Shown here in pieces: positions 40,660 to 50,827 of a DNA stretch of 64,000 nt. Below the pieces are notes generated by a model. The model was not told where the DNA came from. It made no database searches and worked only from the letters and a program-made list of their open reading frames with translations. Numbering within the stretch: position 1 is the stretch's first letter; every line of letters begins with the position of its first letter. The stretch spans positions 24,875 through 88,874 of the forward strand of contig JBBSDW010000001.1 of NCBI GenBank assembly GCA_038240295.1. The letters run 5' to 3'. This DNA is from Candidatus Kapaibacterium sp. (GTDB lineage: Bacteria; Bacteroidota; Ignavibacteria; Palsa-1295). The translations under genes and the position numbers were made by a program.

Positions 40660-41106
40660 GGTGTGTGTATCCTCGAAATCAATTGAACGGACGCAGTCAA
40701 CGACCGAGCAAACACCCTCGTTCTCTCAGAAGCGCCAACGCTCCACTATTCATGAAAGAAGCACCCTTTGCAAAAAGAATACCCGATTTGGAGGCTGGAT
40801 TCACATTTTTTGGGGAGAACTCCACTAATCGTGTACAAACTTTTTAGTCTGGAAGAATAGTGCTGCGCTTCATTTTCTGCATCCACGGCCTTAGGGTGTG
40901 CATTTGGAATTCATAGTTCTCCTTCACACAGAAAGCCGTTAACCTCTAATCCCAAACCAGTTAGCTGTTTTCAGCAGGAGTTTTCAAACGTTGAGCGACC
41001 GCAAAATGGACATAGCAAAACGTTGTCTATGTGCCTTAAGTTCCTCATTTTCAATTGTACTCAGTTGTCGAATCGATACATCTTCGGTCGTCCCGCCGAT
41101 TACCGC

Positions 41107-41826
41107 CTATTCAAATAGCGGTTGGCAGTCAACTAGCGAATAGGTTGTTGGAAAAAAGCCGAAGATCGTGTGCTCACCCATTAGACCCTGGAAATCGGTT
41201 GTACCATTGATGCCAATATGATTAAAGCTGACCGTAATGGTGTCATCGCACGGATGATTCGGATCGTAGACTTTGATCGTGGTCATCGTGTCTGTGATCT
41301 CATAACCCCACGCGAGGACCTGGTGATTGAGCTTGAGTTTAAAGGGGTCGGGAGAATGTGTGCAGACGAGCCCCAGCGGACACGGGTGTCCGCTATCGAT
41401 CACACGTTTGATCGCTGGCATTGATTGATGGACGGTGCGCCAGGATGTGCCACGCAGCAAAAGTCCGGCGAAGAGCATCGTGTCCTGAGAGGCAAGATTC
41501 ATCCAGCCATAATAATCGAGCACTCCTTTGGGGAGATCGAAACTTTGGAGACTTCTTCGAAGAAGAAACTTGAATGCGTTTGAATCGGCATGCGGAGCAG
41601 TTGTTTCTGGAGGAGCCAGCATTTTCCGTTCGAAGAGATCCCTCGCGGCGTAGACCATGCCTCCGCATACTCCATTGGAGGCGTCACCAATTCCAATTTT
41701 TTTCGCGCCGATGATCGCAAGTTCGACATAAGGAACATGCGGCCACACGTTCGAATACTTCAGTCCATAGATCGAAGGGAGAAACCCGTCGACCAAGTTC
41801 TTCAACGTCCCCAATTCATCCTTCAT
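41107..41826 (-). CDS. Hypothetical protein with a possible papain-like Cys/His/Asp catalytic arrangement
   Basis: GVCGGMVYAARDLF (Cys at a helix N-terminus), later HQVLAWGYE and YDPNHPCDD. No signal peptide. Adjacent to tRNA-Leu. Confidence 0.45.
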   Translation of the reverse strand: MKDELGTLKNLVDGFLPSIYGLKYSNVWPHVPYVELAIIGAKKIGIGDASNGVCGGMVYAARDLFERKMLAPPETTAPHADSNAFKFLLRRSLQSFDLPKGVLDYYGWMNLASQDTMLFAGLLLRGTSWRTVHQSMPAIKRVIDSGHPCPLGLVCTHSPDPFKLKLNHQVLAWGYEITDTMTTIKVYDPNHPCDDTITVSFNHIGINGTTDFQGLMGEHTIFGFFPTTYSLVDCQPLFE

Positions 41827-41854
41827 CCTTCACCCCTCATCCTTGCCCGAAGTG

Positions 41855-41939
41855 TACCGACAGCCGGACTCGAACCGGCACGTTCCTTACAGAACAACGG
41901 ATTTTAAGTCCGTTGCGTCTACCATTCCGCCATGTCGGC
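41855..41939 (-). tRNA. tRNA-Leu (anticodon UAA), class II with a long variable arm
   Basis: Hand-folded: acceptor gccgaca/tgtcggt, D arm gcgg-aatggtaga-cgc, anticodon stem acgga/tccgt with loop cuUAAaa, long variable arm, T arm gccgg-ttcgagt-ccggc. Confidence 0.8.
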
Positions 41940-42290
41940 AACAAGATTTGAATCGGAGACAGATGCGTGTGTGGGTTGCATCATCGATTCCCATAACACC
42001 TTCGAAAATCGTCTAAATTTGACGCTTTTAGACGTTTCTGAGCCAACTTATGGACCTTTATTACTTAGGAAAACAGTAAGTTCCGGGTTTTGGTCGCACC
42101 AATTTCTCAGGTTGATGCCGAAAATTTGTAGGATTTGCTGAAATTACCTGTAATCTGCGTAAATTCCGTTCCAATAAACGGTGGTATCCGGGAGAATTTT
42201 CCCGAGATGGGGACCACGTCTTCGACCCTTTGCAACCTCGGTTTGAATCCCAACACTTTTTTTTCGACTTTTGAAAAAATGTCGTAGTTC

Positions 42291-43811
42291 ATGATTCAAG
42301 TTGCTAGCTATCTTTGCACCATGATTTTACATCCCCGCGTTCTTCTCGTGAGTTTACTGTTCATCATCTCCGCATTGTTTGAATCTGCAGAGGCGCAAGT
42401 ATTCGATGCATCTGCCATCTATCAAGCTGCGGTTCGAGGTGTAGTACTTGTCGAATCTCAAGGCGGTACAGGTTCTGGGTTCTTCATCAATCACGATGGG
42501 TGGTTAGTCACAAACCGACACGTCATCGAAGCCGAAGATGGTTCGCTTGAGAACGCGAGTGAAATTCAAGTTTACACCGCGGATTATGCCGACACCCTAT
42601 CAGTGGTGCAAATTATTGACGCCAGTAACGGGAAGAAAATAAATGGCTATTCACATCCTGATCTTGTCTTCCTCCGAACTGATTTTAGTCCTAAGCTCGT
42701 GCTGCCCTTGTCGCCTGATGCAAATACACCTGTAGGCGAACAGGTAGAACGAATCGGCAATGAGCTGAGTGGCAATTGGGTCCAAGCAAATGGATCTGTA
42801 TCCACGAATAATCTGCCGGAATTCCTCCAAATTCAGACGCCTGTAAACCATGGCAATTCTGGTGGGCCACTGCTAAATAAAGCCGGGCAGGTTGTCGGTG
42901 TAGTTACTCTGACGTTTCAAAACATCGCGGAGAATACCAATTTCGCGACCAAGAGCAGCGTCCTCAAAGAACGTCTCGCGGCACATAACATTAAGTTTTA
43001 TACTCGGGGCATCGTCAAGGTCGGTGAGTCCCCGTTGGAGCTTAACGCCGAGCAGGTAAACCGTGATCGTGATTCGCTCAATGTTGATAATGATCGATTG
43101 CGGATTCAGCGTGAGACGCTCGATCAAGAAAAAGATAAATTCAGGCAGCAGCAGATCGAGAACGCGGCGACGCAGGCATCCGCGATTGCAATCCGGAAGG
43201 AACTTGCAAACAAAGAAAGCGAATTGCAAATACGGGAAGACAGCCTTGTAGGCCGTCAACGGGAATTGGAATCAGCCGAAGCATCTCTACGATACGCGAA
43301 GAAATCATTTCAACAGGATTATGATGCAGCCCAGTATCTTTCGCCACCACGTTTCGCCATAGAGCTCATGGGGGGAGTCGGTTATTGGTACGTCCGCGAT
43401 ACAGTAAGTTATGCGCAGCCCCGCTTTACACTAACAGCGCTCCATCGATTCGATCTTAACAAACAGCAGGGTCACGAGAGCGACGCAGCGAATCGCATTG
43501 GCGTGCAGTATGGCGTGCATGGCGTCTTCGATGGTAAGAATGGAATCCTGCAACGCGGCTTCGCACAAGAGTTATCGATTCTGCTCGACCTCCACGAAGT
43601 TACTCGGTTTCAATTTGGTCGAGTCGTATCTCGAACATATTCCTCCGCTGCCGGAGACGAATACTGGTTGGTCGGGTTTGGCGTGTTTGTGCATCCCTAT
43701 CCGCTGCCTATCACGATCTATGGTTCAATGGTGAGCGATAACCGATTTTTCCAGAATTCCTTCGTCGTCGGTCTGTCCATCGGTTACGGCGATAACTTCC
43801 TCCAGATGTGA
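42291..43811 (+). CDS. Secreted trypsin-like (S1/HtrA-type) serine peptidase fused to a ~90 aa coiled coil and a beta-rich C-terminal domain
   Basis: Signal peptide. His (WLVTNRHVI), Asp and Ser (NHGNSGGPLLN) of the chymotrypsin fold. Heptad-rich segment (RDRDSLNVDNDRLRIQRETLDQEKDKFRQQQIEN...). Lower GC than the flanks. Confidence 0.7.
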   Translation: MIQVASYLCTMILHPRVLLVSLLFIISALFESAEAQVFDASAIYQAAVRGVVLVESQGGTGSGFFINHDGWLVTNRHVIEAEDGSLENASEIQVYTADYADTLSVVQIIDASNGKKINGYSHPDLVFLRTDFSPKLVLPLSPDANTPVGEQVERIGNELSGNWVQANGSVSTNNLPEFLQIQTPVNHGNSGGPLLNKAGQVVGVVTLTFQNIAENTNFATKSSVLKERLAAHNIKFYTRGIVKVGESPLELNAEQVNRDRDSLNVDNDRLRIQRETLDQEKDKFRQQQIENAATQASAIAIRKELANKESELQIREDSLVGRQRELESAEASLRYAKKSFQQDYDAAQYLSPPRFAIELMGGVGYWYVRDTVSYAQPRFTLTALHRFDLNKQQGHESDAANRIGVQYGVHGVFDGKNGILQRGFAQELSILLDLHEVTRFQFGRVVSRTYSSAAGDEYWLVGFGVFVHPYPLPITIYGSMVSDNRFFQNSFVVGLSIGYGDNFLQM

Positions 43812-44260
43812 TTTGATGCCGGATTACGGCCGTTGTTCACGGCATCAAACGGAAAGCGCCGTGGGCTCAACCTTTTAGGTTTCACTGATCTCGCAGAGTA
43901 CGCCAACAAGCAAGAACATCCTAACGGTGTTTGCGCGGGTACCATAAGCTTTGCACCGACCATGCAAAACGTTATGACGCGGAACGCCATCGACGGCGAT
44001 AATTGGAAGCTATAATCAATAAGTCAGAGTTTTGTTGAGACGAGTTGTTGGTATCTTAGCTCTTGCTTAAGCAGCAAAGCTTCAAGACCGAGAAACTACA
44101 TGACTACATACATCAGATAACTGGTCGCTAGCCATTTTGTCCCGGAATCAAGAGGTTACTGCATACTGCATCGCCGTTCTGGGGGCGAATGTATTCTGCT
44201 CTGAAGAAGATTGACTTCCGAATCCCAAGAGTCGAGGTTGGGTTGAAACCCGACCTACGT

Positions 44261-45319
44261 TTAGCCGATCGACATTCGGAATGGATAGAGAATGAAGAAG
44301 CGCTTTTCGGGATAGAAGCGGAAGGCTGGCGCTGGAAAATGCCAGTAGTCGATGCCTCGCTTAAAGAATTGCCAGATGCCGTTGTCCCAATCGGGTAAGA
44401 GTTTGCCGATGTCGTAATCGAGCGAGATCTGCCACGCCTTGTGACGTAGATCGAAGATATGATCTGGATGTGCGTTGTCGAGGGGTTCGAGATATTCGCC
44501 CGAAGCGCCAAGAGCAAGGTTCAGCCATTTTGGCCAGTATTGTTTAAGACCTTCGGGAAGCATGCCGTGAATATCGAAGCAGAACCAATATGCCTGCCCG
44601 CCATAGTCCTCAATAAAATTAAGCGACTGCCCAGGTATGTCCGGCTTATTCTCGAGATATTTATTGCTTGGAAAATAAGACCATTTATACTGGAAATTTC
44701 TAAGAAACGGAATCCGATTGCGCGCGAGGAACATCGTCGCCCCTAAGATATCTGCCTTTGCATCGCCACGGGAGAACCCCCACTGTGAAGCGAATCCATC
44801 TTCGATCTCCACATAGAATTCCCAAAGTGCGCCGCTAAAGGCTGCCAGGAGCGTTGAAGTGGCGCTATCCATTCCAGCCCAGGTGTAGGCTTCATCGAAA
44901 AAATGCGAGCTGTAATAGGCCCCGAAGGTATGCCCAAATTTGTCAAACTCGGCCTGATAGTCGGGATCTTCGATCACATGAAAGCGTGTACGGTCATTCT
45001 TCCACCATGCGTTACTTTGATAAACATGGAACAGTCCCACCGCAGCAGCAAGAGATCCAAAAGAGATTGCGACGCGGTCCCACTTAACAACTGGCTTAAC
45101 CGAAGTGTCGACCCGCTCAGGAGCACCCGGATGTTCCAAAAGGACATGGTCGGACCTATGGAATGGCGCCATTATTGGCGTTCCGCCGGTGCTATCGCTT
45201 GCGTTCATTCCGGTAACATACCTTTGCTGCGAGATCGCCTGCCCCGGCAGAAGCCAGGCGCAAACTACAATGCCAACGGAAACCATGATCCAAACGATGT
45301 GCCGTTTATTTGTGCGCAT
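44261..45319 (-). CDS. Hypothetical secreted protein, Trp/aromatic-rich
   Basis: N-terminal TM/signal segment (IVWIMVSVGIVVCAWLL); no confident family assignment. Confidence 0.45.
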   Translation of the reverse strand: MRTNKRHIVWIMVSVGIVVCAWLLPGQAISQQRYVTGMNASDSTGGTPIMAPFHRSDHVLLEHPGAPERVDTSVKPVVKWDRVAISFGSLAAAVGLFHVYQSNAWWKNDRTRFHVIEDPDYQAEFDKFGHTFGAYYSSHFFDEAYTWAGMDSATSTLLAAFSGALWEFYVEIEDGFASQWGFSRGDAKADILGATMFLARNRIPFLRNFQYKWSYFPSNKYLENKPDIPGQSLNFIEDYGGQAYWFCFDIHGMLPEGLKQYWPKWLNLALGASGEYLEPLDNAHPDHIFDLRHKAWQISLDYDIGKLLPDWDNGIWQFFKRGIDYWHFPAPAFRFYPEKRFFILYPFRMSIG

Positions 45320-45894
45320 TAGTTGTCCCGAAAGCGTAATCCAATGGTGATACCACTAAAGAGCCCGGTCGCCTGACCGAGATAGACCACCGGCGTAACA
45401 AATGCACCGGCTTCCAGCGCAAGACACTTACCGAGCGCATAAATAATACCTGCGTTCAGCGGAATGCCGATCGACACTCGCGTCAGTAATGCGGAAAATT
45501 CTGGACCGATCGCAGCGTAACCTGCCAGTTGCTCTCCTTCTCCGAAGAGTCGCTTGAGTTTCAGGGTAAATCCATACGAATCGAGATGAAACTCATGAAA
45601 CGTAAAAAAATCGAGCGTCTGGAAGTTTTCATAACTCAGCATCAACTCAACACAAAGCGCCAAATGATTGCCGACCGAGACATCGTAGAACGGATTAATG
45701 ACGGGCTTCGGGCCATCCAGATTCCCTCGATGCGCTACACCGAACCGCACACCGTATGCACCTGATGTCACGATCGCTCTGGAATCGCCGGTATGCATTG
45801 TCGCAGTCGAATCGGTTGTCTGGGCTCGCGAGAGTTCGAAGGAATGCAGGAGGAAACATCCGATCAGGCCGATGGCAATGAAGAATTTGGTCAT
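45319..45894 (-). CDS. Small outer-membrane beta-barrel (OmpW/porin-like) protein
   Basis: Signal peptide plus ~170 aa of alternating amphipathic beta-strands. Confidence 0.5.
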   Translation of the reverse strand: MTKFFIAIGLIGCFLLHSFELSRAQTTDSTATMHTGDSRAIVTSGAYGVRFGVAHRGNLDGPKPVINPFYDVSVGNHLALCVELMLSYENFQTLDFFTFHEFHLDSYGFTLKLKRLFGEGEQLAGYAAIGPEFSALLTRVSIGIPLNAGIIYALGKCLALEAGAFVTPVVYLGQATGLFSGITIGLRFRDN

Positions 45895-46391
45895 TGCTTG
45901 GTTAAAAGAATTTCAACATAATGCGCCGAATCTGCTGGTAGAAAAAGGCTCCCTTCGGTAATATTCGTTAGCGTATTGACTGTCACATCGCAGGCGATCG
46001 CGGTTCCATTCTGCTTCGACTGATCGAGCGTTTCAGCTTTTGGATACAAGTATCCGTTGATGTGTGCAAAATAATTTGCGTAGTAGGCAATGTTCCCAGC
46101 GTACGCGTCATCGATCGCTGCCAGTCCTTCGGGTATCGTGTTTCCTGATGATCGGCCTGTCCCTGTGACCGCACCATTTTGCTGCGATAGCACAAGTGCG
46201 AAATGCGCCGTGTCGGTGGGGACTGTAGTACCGATCGAAGAGAGCGATAGTTTGCCGGTATACGTGCCATTGACACTGAACGAAGTGAAATCGCTCGACC
46301 CGAAATCATTCATCACCGCAGTGCACGAACTGAGCGCCGCGCAAGCGGTCAAAACTAATATCAGTTTCCTATTCACAACTCCCTTTCCCAT
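45891..46391 (-). CDS. Hypothetical lipoprotein
   Basis: Lipobox LSSCTA with Thr/Ser/Gly-rich content. Overlaps the next gene by 4 bp. Confidence 0.45.
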   Translation of the reverse strand: MGKGVVNRKLILVLTACAALSSCTAVMNDFGSSDFTSFSVNGTYTGKLSLSSIGTTVPTDTAHFALVLSQQNGAVTGTGRSSGNTIPEGLAAIDDAYAGNIAYYANYFAHINGYLYPKAETLDQSKQNGTAIACDVTVNTLTNITEGSLFLPADSAHYVEILLTKQ

Positions 46392-46408
46392 TTTAACACT
46401 CGTTCGCG

Positions 46409-49400
46409 TTATGCGTTGTGGCCACTATCGTTCGGGGCCGAAGGCGATTCTCCCAAATGATGCTGCGCGCGAATATCGCGTTCATGCAATTCGCGAACGT
46501 GCTGTTCGTGCAAATGCTCCTCGACTTCCTGCACTTCAACGGCCAGCGCCACTTCGTCCTTCCGCGATGTTCGTTCGATCGTATAATACAACGCAGGAAG
46601 CACAAGCAAAGTTAAGATCAATGCGCTCGCAAGGCCGCCAACGATCACTGTAGCGAGCGGTCGCTGGACGTCTGAGCCGATACCCGTAGCGAGCGAGGCA
46701 GGAATAAGCCCGAGCAGCGCCACGAGCATCATCATCAGGATCGGACGAAGTTCATCCTGCGCGCCTTGCCGGACTGCATCAAGCAGCGGCATTTCATGCT
46801 CGGAGCGAAGCGAATTGATCCGCGAAATAAGAATGACGCCGGACATGACTGCTACGCCGAAAAGCGAAATAAATCCTACACCCGAGGAAACGCTGAAGTT
46901 GATACCGCGAATCCATAGTGCAAGCACACCGCCAACGAGCGCGAGCGGCACATTGACAAGTACGATTAACGCGTACTTAACGGATTTGAAGGTGATAAAG
47001 AGCAATCCAAAGATGAGAAACAACGTGATCGGGATGATGACGATCAAATGTTCTTTTGCTCTTGTCAGATTTTCAAATTGTCCGCCCCAATCGAGCGAAT
47101 ATCCTTTGGGTAATTTCAGGATCGCGTCGACTTTTTTCTGGGCCTCGGCAACAAAGCTTCCCTGGTCGCGGCCCCGAACATTCGTCCGCACTCCAACCTG
47201 GCGATGACCATCTTCGCGAGCGATGAGCGTCGAGCCGTCTTCGATGTGAATATCGGCGAGTTCTGCGAGCGGAATATGCTGACCGCTTGGCGACGTCACT
47301 TCGAGCCGCGAAACATCTTCGACCGTCGAGCGTGCGTTCGCCTGATATCTGATCACGATATCGAACTTGCGCTCCCCTTCGTAAAGCGTGCTCACCGGCT
47401 TTCCTGCGACTGCCAGTTCGATCACATCCTCTACATCGCGCACGTTGATGCCATAGCGGGCCGCCGCCTGTCGGTTCACCTCGATCTTGAGTTGCGCCTG
47501 ATCGCCTTCTTCTTCGATCCCGGTTTCTGTTGCGCCTCGGATTCCTTTGATCGCGCGATAGATCGTATCGGCATACCCACGAAGCTTGCCAAGACTATCG
47601 CCATTGACAAGAATGGCAAGATCGGCGCTGGAGCCTGTCACTGCCTCGGTAACGTTATCGAGAATGGGCTGCGAAAAGCTAAAGCCTGCGCCGGCAATTC
47701 TTGATTCCAGATTTTCCTTGATCTCTGCAAGCAGCTTATGCTTATCCATGCCCGCAGGCCACGTATCGTATTGCGTGAGTTCGACATGCGTTTCGATTCG
47801 GTTCGGGCCATAGGGATCGGTGCCGTCATCGTTGCGGCCAAGCTGCGTGATGACTGCGCGAACTTCGGGATACTTTCGAACAACCTCGCGAATGATCGGC
47901 GGATAATGTGCCGCTTCCGTCAGCGAAATACCGGCAGGCAGCACCGTCCGGATAACGATGGCTCCTTCGTCAAGCTCCGGCAGGAATTCGGTACCGAGTT
48001 GTGAACCAATGAGGAGAGCCCCGCCAATCACAAGCACCGTCGCGCCCAGGACGATATAGCGATATGCAAGCAATACCTCAGTGATGCGACCGTAGAGCTT
48101 ATCGAGAAATGTAACGATCGGATTTTTCCACTCGCTTACCTTGCCAGATCGAAAAAGATAGGTCGCGAGTACGGGGATAAGCGTCAAGGCGAGCAACAGC
48201 GAGCCGGCGATGGCAAACGACAGCGTGTAGGCCATCGGAGAGAAGAGCTTGCCTTCAACACGTGTGAGCGTAAAGAGCGGCAGATATGCAAGGATGATGA
48301 TGATCACCGAAAAGAAGATTTGGCGATCGACGGCCTGCGTCGCTTCTACAATGAGCCTGAAGTTGCCTTTCTTCTCACGCTCTTCGGCAGGAGTGTGTGA
48401 TAGCTTTGTCATGATCGCTTCGGTCATGATCACGGCACCATCGACGATGATGCCGAAGTCGATAGCACCAAGCGAAAGCAAATTCGCTGGGATACCGGTA
48501 AACCGCATCACGATAAACGCCCACAGGAGCGAAAGCGGGATCGTCACCGCAGTCAGAAGTGCTGCCTTGCCGTTGCCGAGGAAGAAAAGCAGAATGATCA
48601 CGACGATCGTAACGCCTTCGAGGAGCGTGTGACTGACCGTGTGCAGCGTATTTTCGACAAGCTCGCCGCGATCGTAAAGTGTATAGAGCTTCACACCTTC
48701 AGGCATTGCTTCGCGAGCCTCGTCCAATTTTGCGCGGACATCCTTCAGAACCTCGCTCGGATTTTCACCGCGGCGCATAAGCACAATACCCTGCACGCCG
48801 CTCGTGATATCTACGTGCCGCGTGTTATCGCTATAACCAAGTATTCCCGACGGTGGGAGCGCGGTGATCTCGACAGAACCGACGTCGTGCACATAAACTG
48901 GTGTACCCGTCGTCGTGCTCGAAAGAACGATCGAGCCGATATCGTCTTCGGATCTGATCGTACCGATGCCTCGAATCGAAAGCGCTTGCGATCCGCGCTC
49001 AAGTACGTTACCGCCCGTGTTCGAGTTGTTCGCCTGAATAGCGGTCTGAACATTATTGGCAGTAAGCCCGTATTTGCGAAGCTTGAGCGGATCGAGGATG
49101 ACGCTATATTGCTTGACGAGACCGCCGAAATTCACAACGTCTGCCACACCTTTGGCCTGCAACAGTTTGGGCACGACGACCCAATCCTGCAGCGTGCGAA
49201 GACTCATTGGCGATGCGTTTGGTCCGCCCTCGATGACGTATCGATAGATCTCGCCGACCGGTGTCGATAGCGGTGCCAGATCGGGACTAAGGCCGTCGGG
49301 AATATCTGCTCCGCGAAGTTTTTCGATCACTTGCTGACGCGCAAAATAATCGTCGGTGCCTTCGTCGAACGTAAGCCGAACGATGCTCAAGCCGAACATT

Positions 49401-49657
49401 GTGCGCGAACGCCGGTTCACTACCCGTGGGACGGCGTTGAGTGCGCGCTCGATCGGGATTGTAACCTGCTGCTCGACTTCCGCTGCGGCCCGTCCGGGAT
49501 ATTTTGTAATCACATCCACTTCGGTATCGGCAACGTCAGGATATGCTTCGATCTTGATCGTCAGATAGGAAGCGATGCCACCCACAATAATAAGCAGCGC
49601 GAAGAGCAGCGTGAGCACCCGCTGCCGCATCGCAAAATGAACGAGTTGACGGATCAT
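46409..49657 (-). CDS. czcA: Heavy-metal-efflux RND permease (CzcA/CusA family)
   Basis: N-terminus IEAYPDVADTEVDVITKYPG...FDEGTDDYFARQQV matches the CzcA pattern. 1082 aa with 12 TM helices. Confidence 0.9.
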   Translation of the reverse strand: MIRQLVHFAMRQRVLTLLFALLIIVGGIASYLTIKIEAYPDVADTEVDVITKYPGRAAAEVEQQVTIPIERALNAVPRVVNRRSRTMFGLSIVRLTFDEGTDDYFARQQVIEKLRGADIPDGLSPDLAPLSTPVGEIYRYVIEGGPNASPMSLRTLQDWVVVPKLLQAKGVADVVNFGGLVKQYSVILDPLKLRKYGLTANNVQTAIQANNSNTGGNVLERGSQALSIRGIGTIRSEDDIGSIVLSSTTTGTPVYVHDVGSVEITALPPSGILGYSDNTRHVDITSGVQGIVLMRRGENPSEVLKDVRAKLDEAREAMPEGVKLYTLYDRGELVENTLHTVSHTLLEGVTIVVIILLFFLGNGKAALLTAVTIPLSLLWAFIVMRFTGIPANLLSLGAIDFGIIVDGAVIMTEAIMTKLSHTPAEEREKKGNFRLIVEATQAVDRQIFFSVIIIILAYLPLFTLTRVEGKLFSPMAYTLSFAIAGSLLLALTLIPVLATYLFRSGKVSEWKNPIVTFLDKLYGRITEVLLAYRYIVLGATVLVIGGALLIGSQLGTEFLPELDEGAIVIRTVLPAGISLTEAAHYPPIIREVVRKYPEVRAVITQLGRNDDGTDPYGPNRIETHVELTQYDTWPAGMDKHKLLAEIKENLESRIAGAGFSFSQPILDNVTEAVTGSSADLAILVNGDSLGKLRGYADTIYRAIKGIRGATETGIEEEGDQAQLKIEVNRQAAARYGINVRDVEDVIELAVAGKPVSTLYEGERKFDIVIRYQANARSTVEDVSRLEVTSPSGQHIPLAELADIHIEDGSTLIAREDGHRQVGVRTNVRGRDQGSFVAEAQKKVDAILKLPKGYSLDWGGQFENLTRAKEHLIVIIPITLFLIFGLLFITFKSVKYALIVLVNVPLALVGGVLALWIRGINFSVSSGVGFISLFGVAVMSGVILISRINSLRSEHEMPLLDAVRQGAQDELRPILMMMLVALLGLIPASLATGIGSDVQRPLATVIVGGLASALILTLLVLPALYYTIERTSRKDEVALAVEVQEVEEHLHEQHVRELHERDIRAQHHLGESPSAPNDSGHNA

Positions 49658-49672
49658 GATCGCGAACTGGGA

Positions 49673-50827
49673 TTAATATCCGAAACTCAAACCCTTCAAC
49701 AGTACCGCGCCTTCGATCACGACCTGATCGCCATCGGAAAGTCCGCTGGTCACGATAAAATCATTGTTCGACTGCTGCCCCAGCATCACTTCTTTGCGCT
49801 CGAACGTCCTGCCGTCTCGCGTGACAAATACGAACGACTTCCCTTGAACGGAAACAATGGCCGATTGCGGCACGACAAACCGGTGCACCACATCGACGCC
49901 GAACGAAGCGCGGGCGAACATGCCCGGACGAAGAATATGTTTTTGATCGGCAAGTTCAACGCGGACGTTGAAGGTTCGCGTCGTCGGATCGACTGCGTGA
50001 CCAATGTCGAGCACACGCCCATGGAATGTTTCGCCCTTGAATGAGTCGAATAATATCTGCACGTCTTCGCCCATCTGCACTGTCGAGATCTCACTCTCAG
50101 GTACATTCGCGATCAGGAGCGAACTGTTCGCACGAAGATGATCGAGTTCAGTCGCGGAAAGTCCGGTCGTAAGCAATCGCGATTCGAGACCGGTGAGTGT
50201 GGTCTGCGCCATTACTTCATCGCTCTCGGCTTGCGTAACCTCTTTTCCCGCAATGGCATTGTGCGCGTAGAGATCGCGCAGGCGTTCCAGTTCGCGCCCC
50301 GAACGGGCCATGTCATGCTTTGCTCGGAGCCAGTCGGTATAAAGTTGTGTGAGGTCCGACGTTTCAAAAACAGGAACAGTGATCTTGGAGCCCTGCATCT
50401 GCATCGTTGTGAGCACGATGCGAGCGGGAGCCGTCGTCGTGATCGAGACATCTTTGTATTCGGCAGTCCCGATCTTAAGTACACCGCGCGCCGAATCGCC
50501 CGGCGCAAATTCGATCGTTGCCCCGTCCTGCGAGATCAAGGGATGCCGGAGTTCAGCCTGTGCGAGCTTGACCGGCTCGACAGTGACCGCTGAATGTTGC
50601 TCCGACTGATCGCTGTGCGTGCATCCTGAAACAACGAGTGCAAGTGCGACAAGCGCCGAGAGGGCCGCGCTTGAAGCACCCGTTGTGCACGTTCGTTTCA
50701 CGATGCTCCGCGGGAGTAACGCGAGCATTTCCCTTGATCTCGTTCGACTGTTTTTTTTCATGTTCCTATTGATCCTATTCCTATTGATCCTATTCCTATT
50801 AAACTTATTCGAATTCATTAAAGACAT
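49673..50827 (-). CDS. czcB: RND efflux periplasmic adaptor (membrane fusion protein, CzcB-like)
   Basis: Lipoyl/beta-barrel adaptor motifs. The true start is probably the internal MKKNS near 50761. Confidence 0.85.
   Translation of the reverse strand: MSLMNSNKFNRNRINRNRINRNMKKNSRTRSREMLALLPRSIVKRTCTTGASSAALSALVALALVVSGCTHSDQSEQHSAVTVEPVKLAQAELRHPLISQDGATIEFAPGDSARGVLKIGTAEYKDVSITTTAPARIVLTTMQMQGSKITVPVFETSDLTQLYTDWLRAKHDMARSGRELERLRDLYAHNAIAGKEVTQAESDEVMAQTTLTGLESRLLTTGLSATELDHLRANSSLLIANVPESEISTVQMGEDVQILFDSFKGETFHGRVLDIGHAVDPTTRTFNVRVELADQKHILRPGMFARASFGVDVVHRFVVPQSAIVSVQGKSFVFVTRDGRTFERKEVMLGQQSNNDFIVTSGLSDGDQVVIEGAVLLKGLSFGY
50765..50804. repeat. 15-bp tandem repeat (cctattgatcctatt x2 plus a partial copy) at the czcC/czcB junction
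   Basis: Direct reading. Encodes NRNRINRNRIN in the extended adaptor ORF. Confidence 0.7.

Noticed and set aside
43812-44260. Imperfect hairpin (tgatgccg...cggcatca) after the protease gene, as a terminator
   Set aside because: The 18-nt loop and lack of a T-run make it unconvincing.
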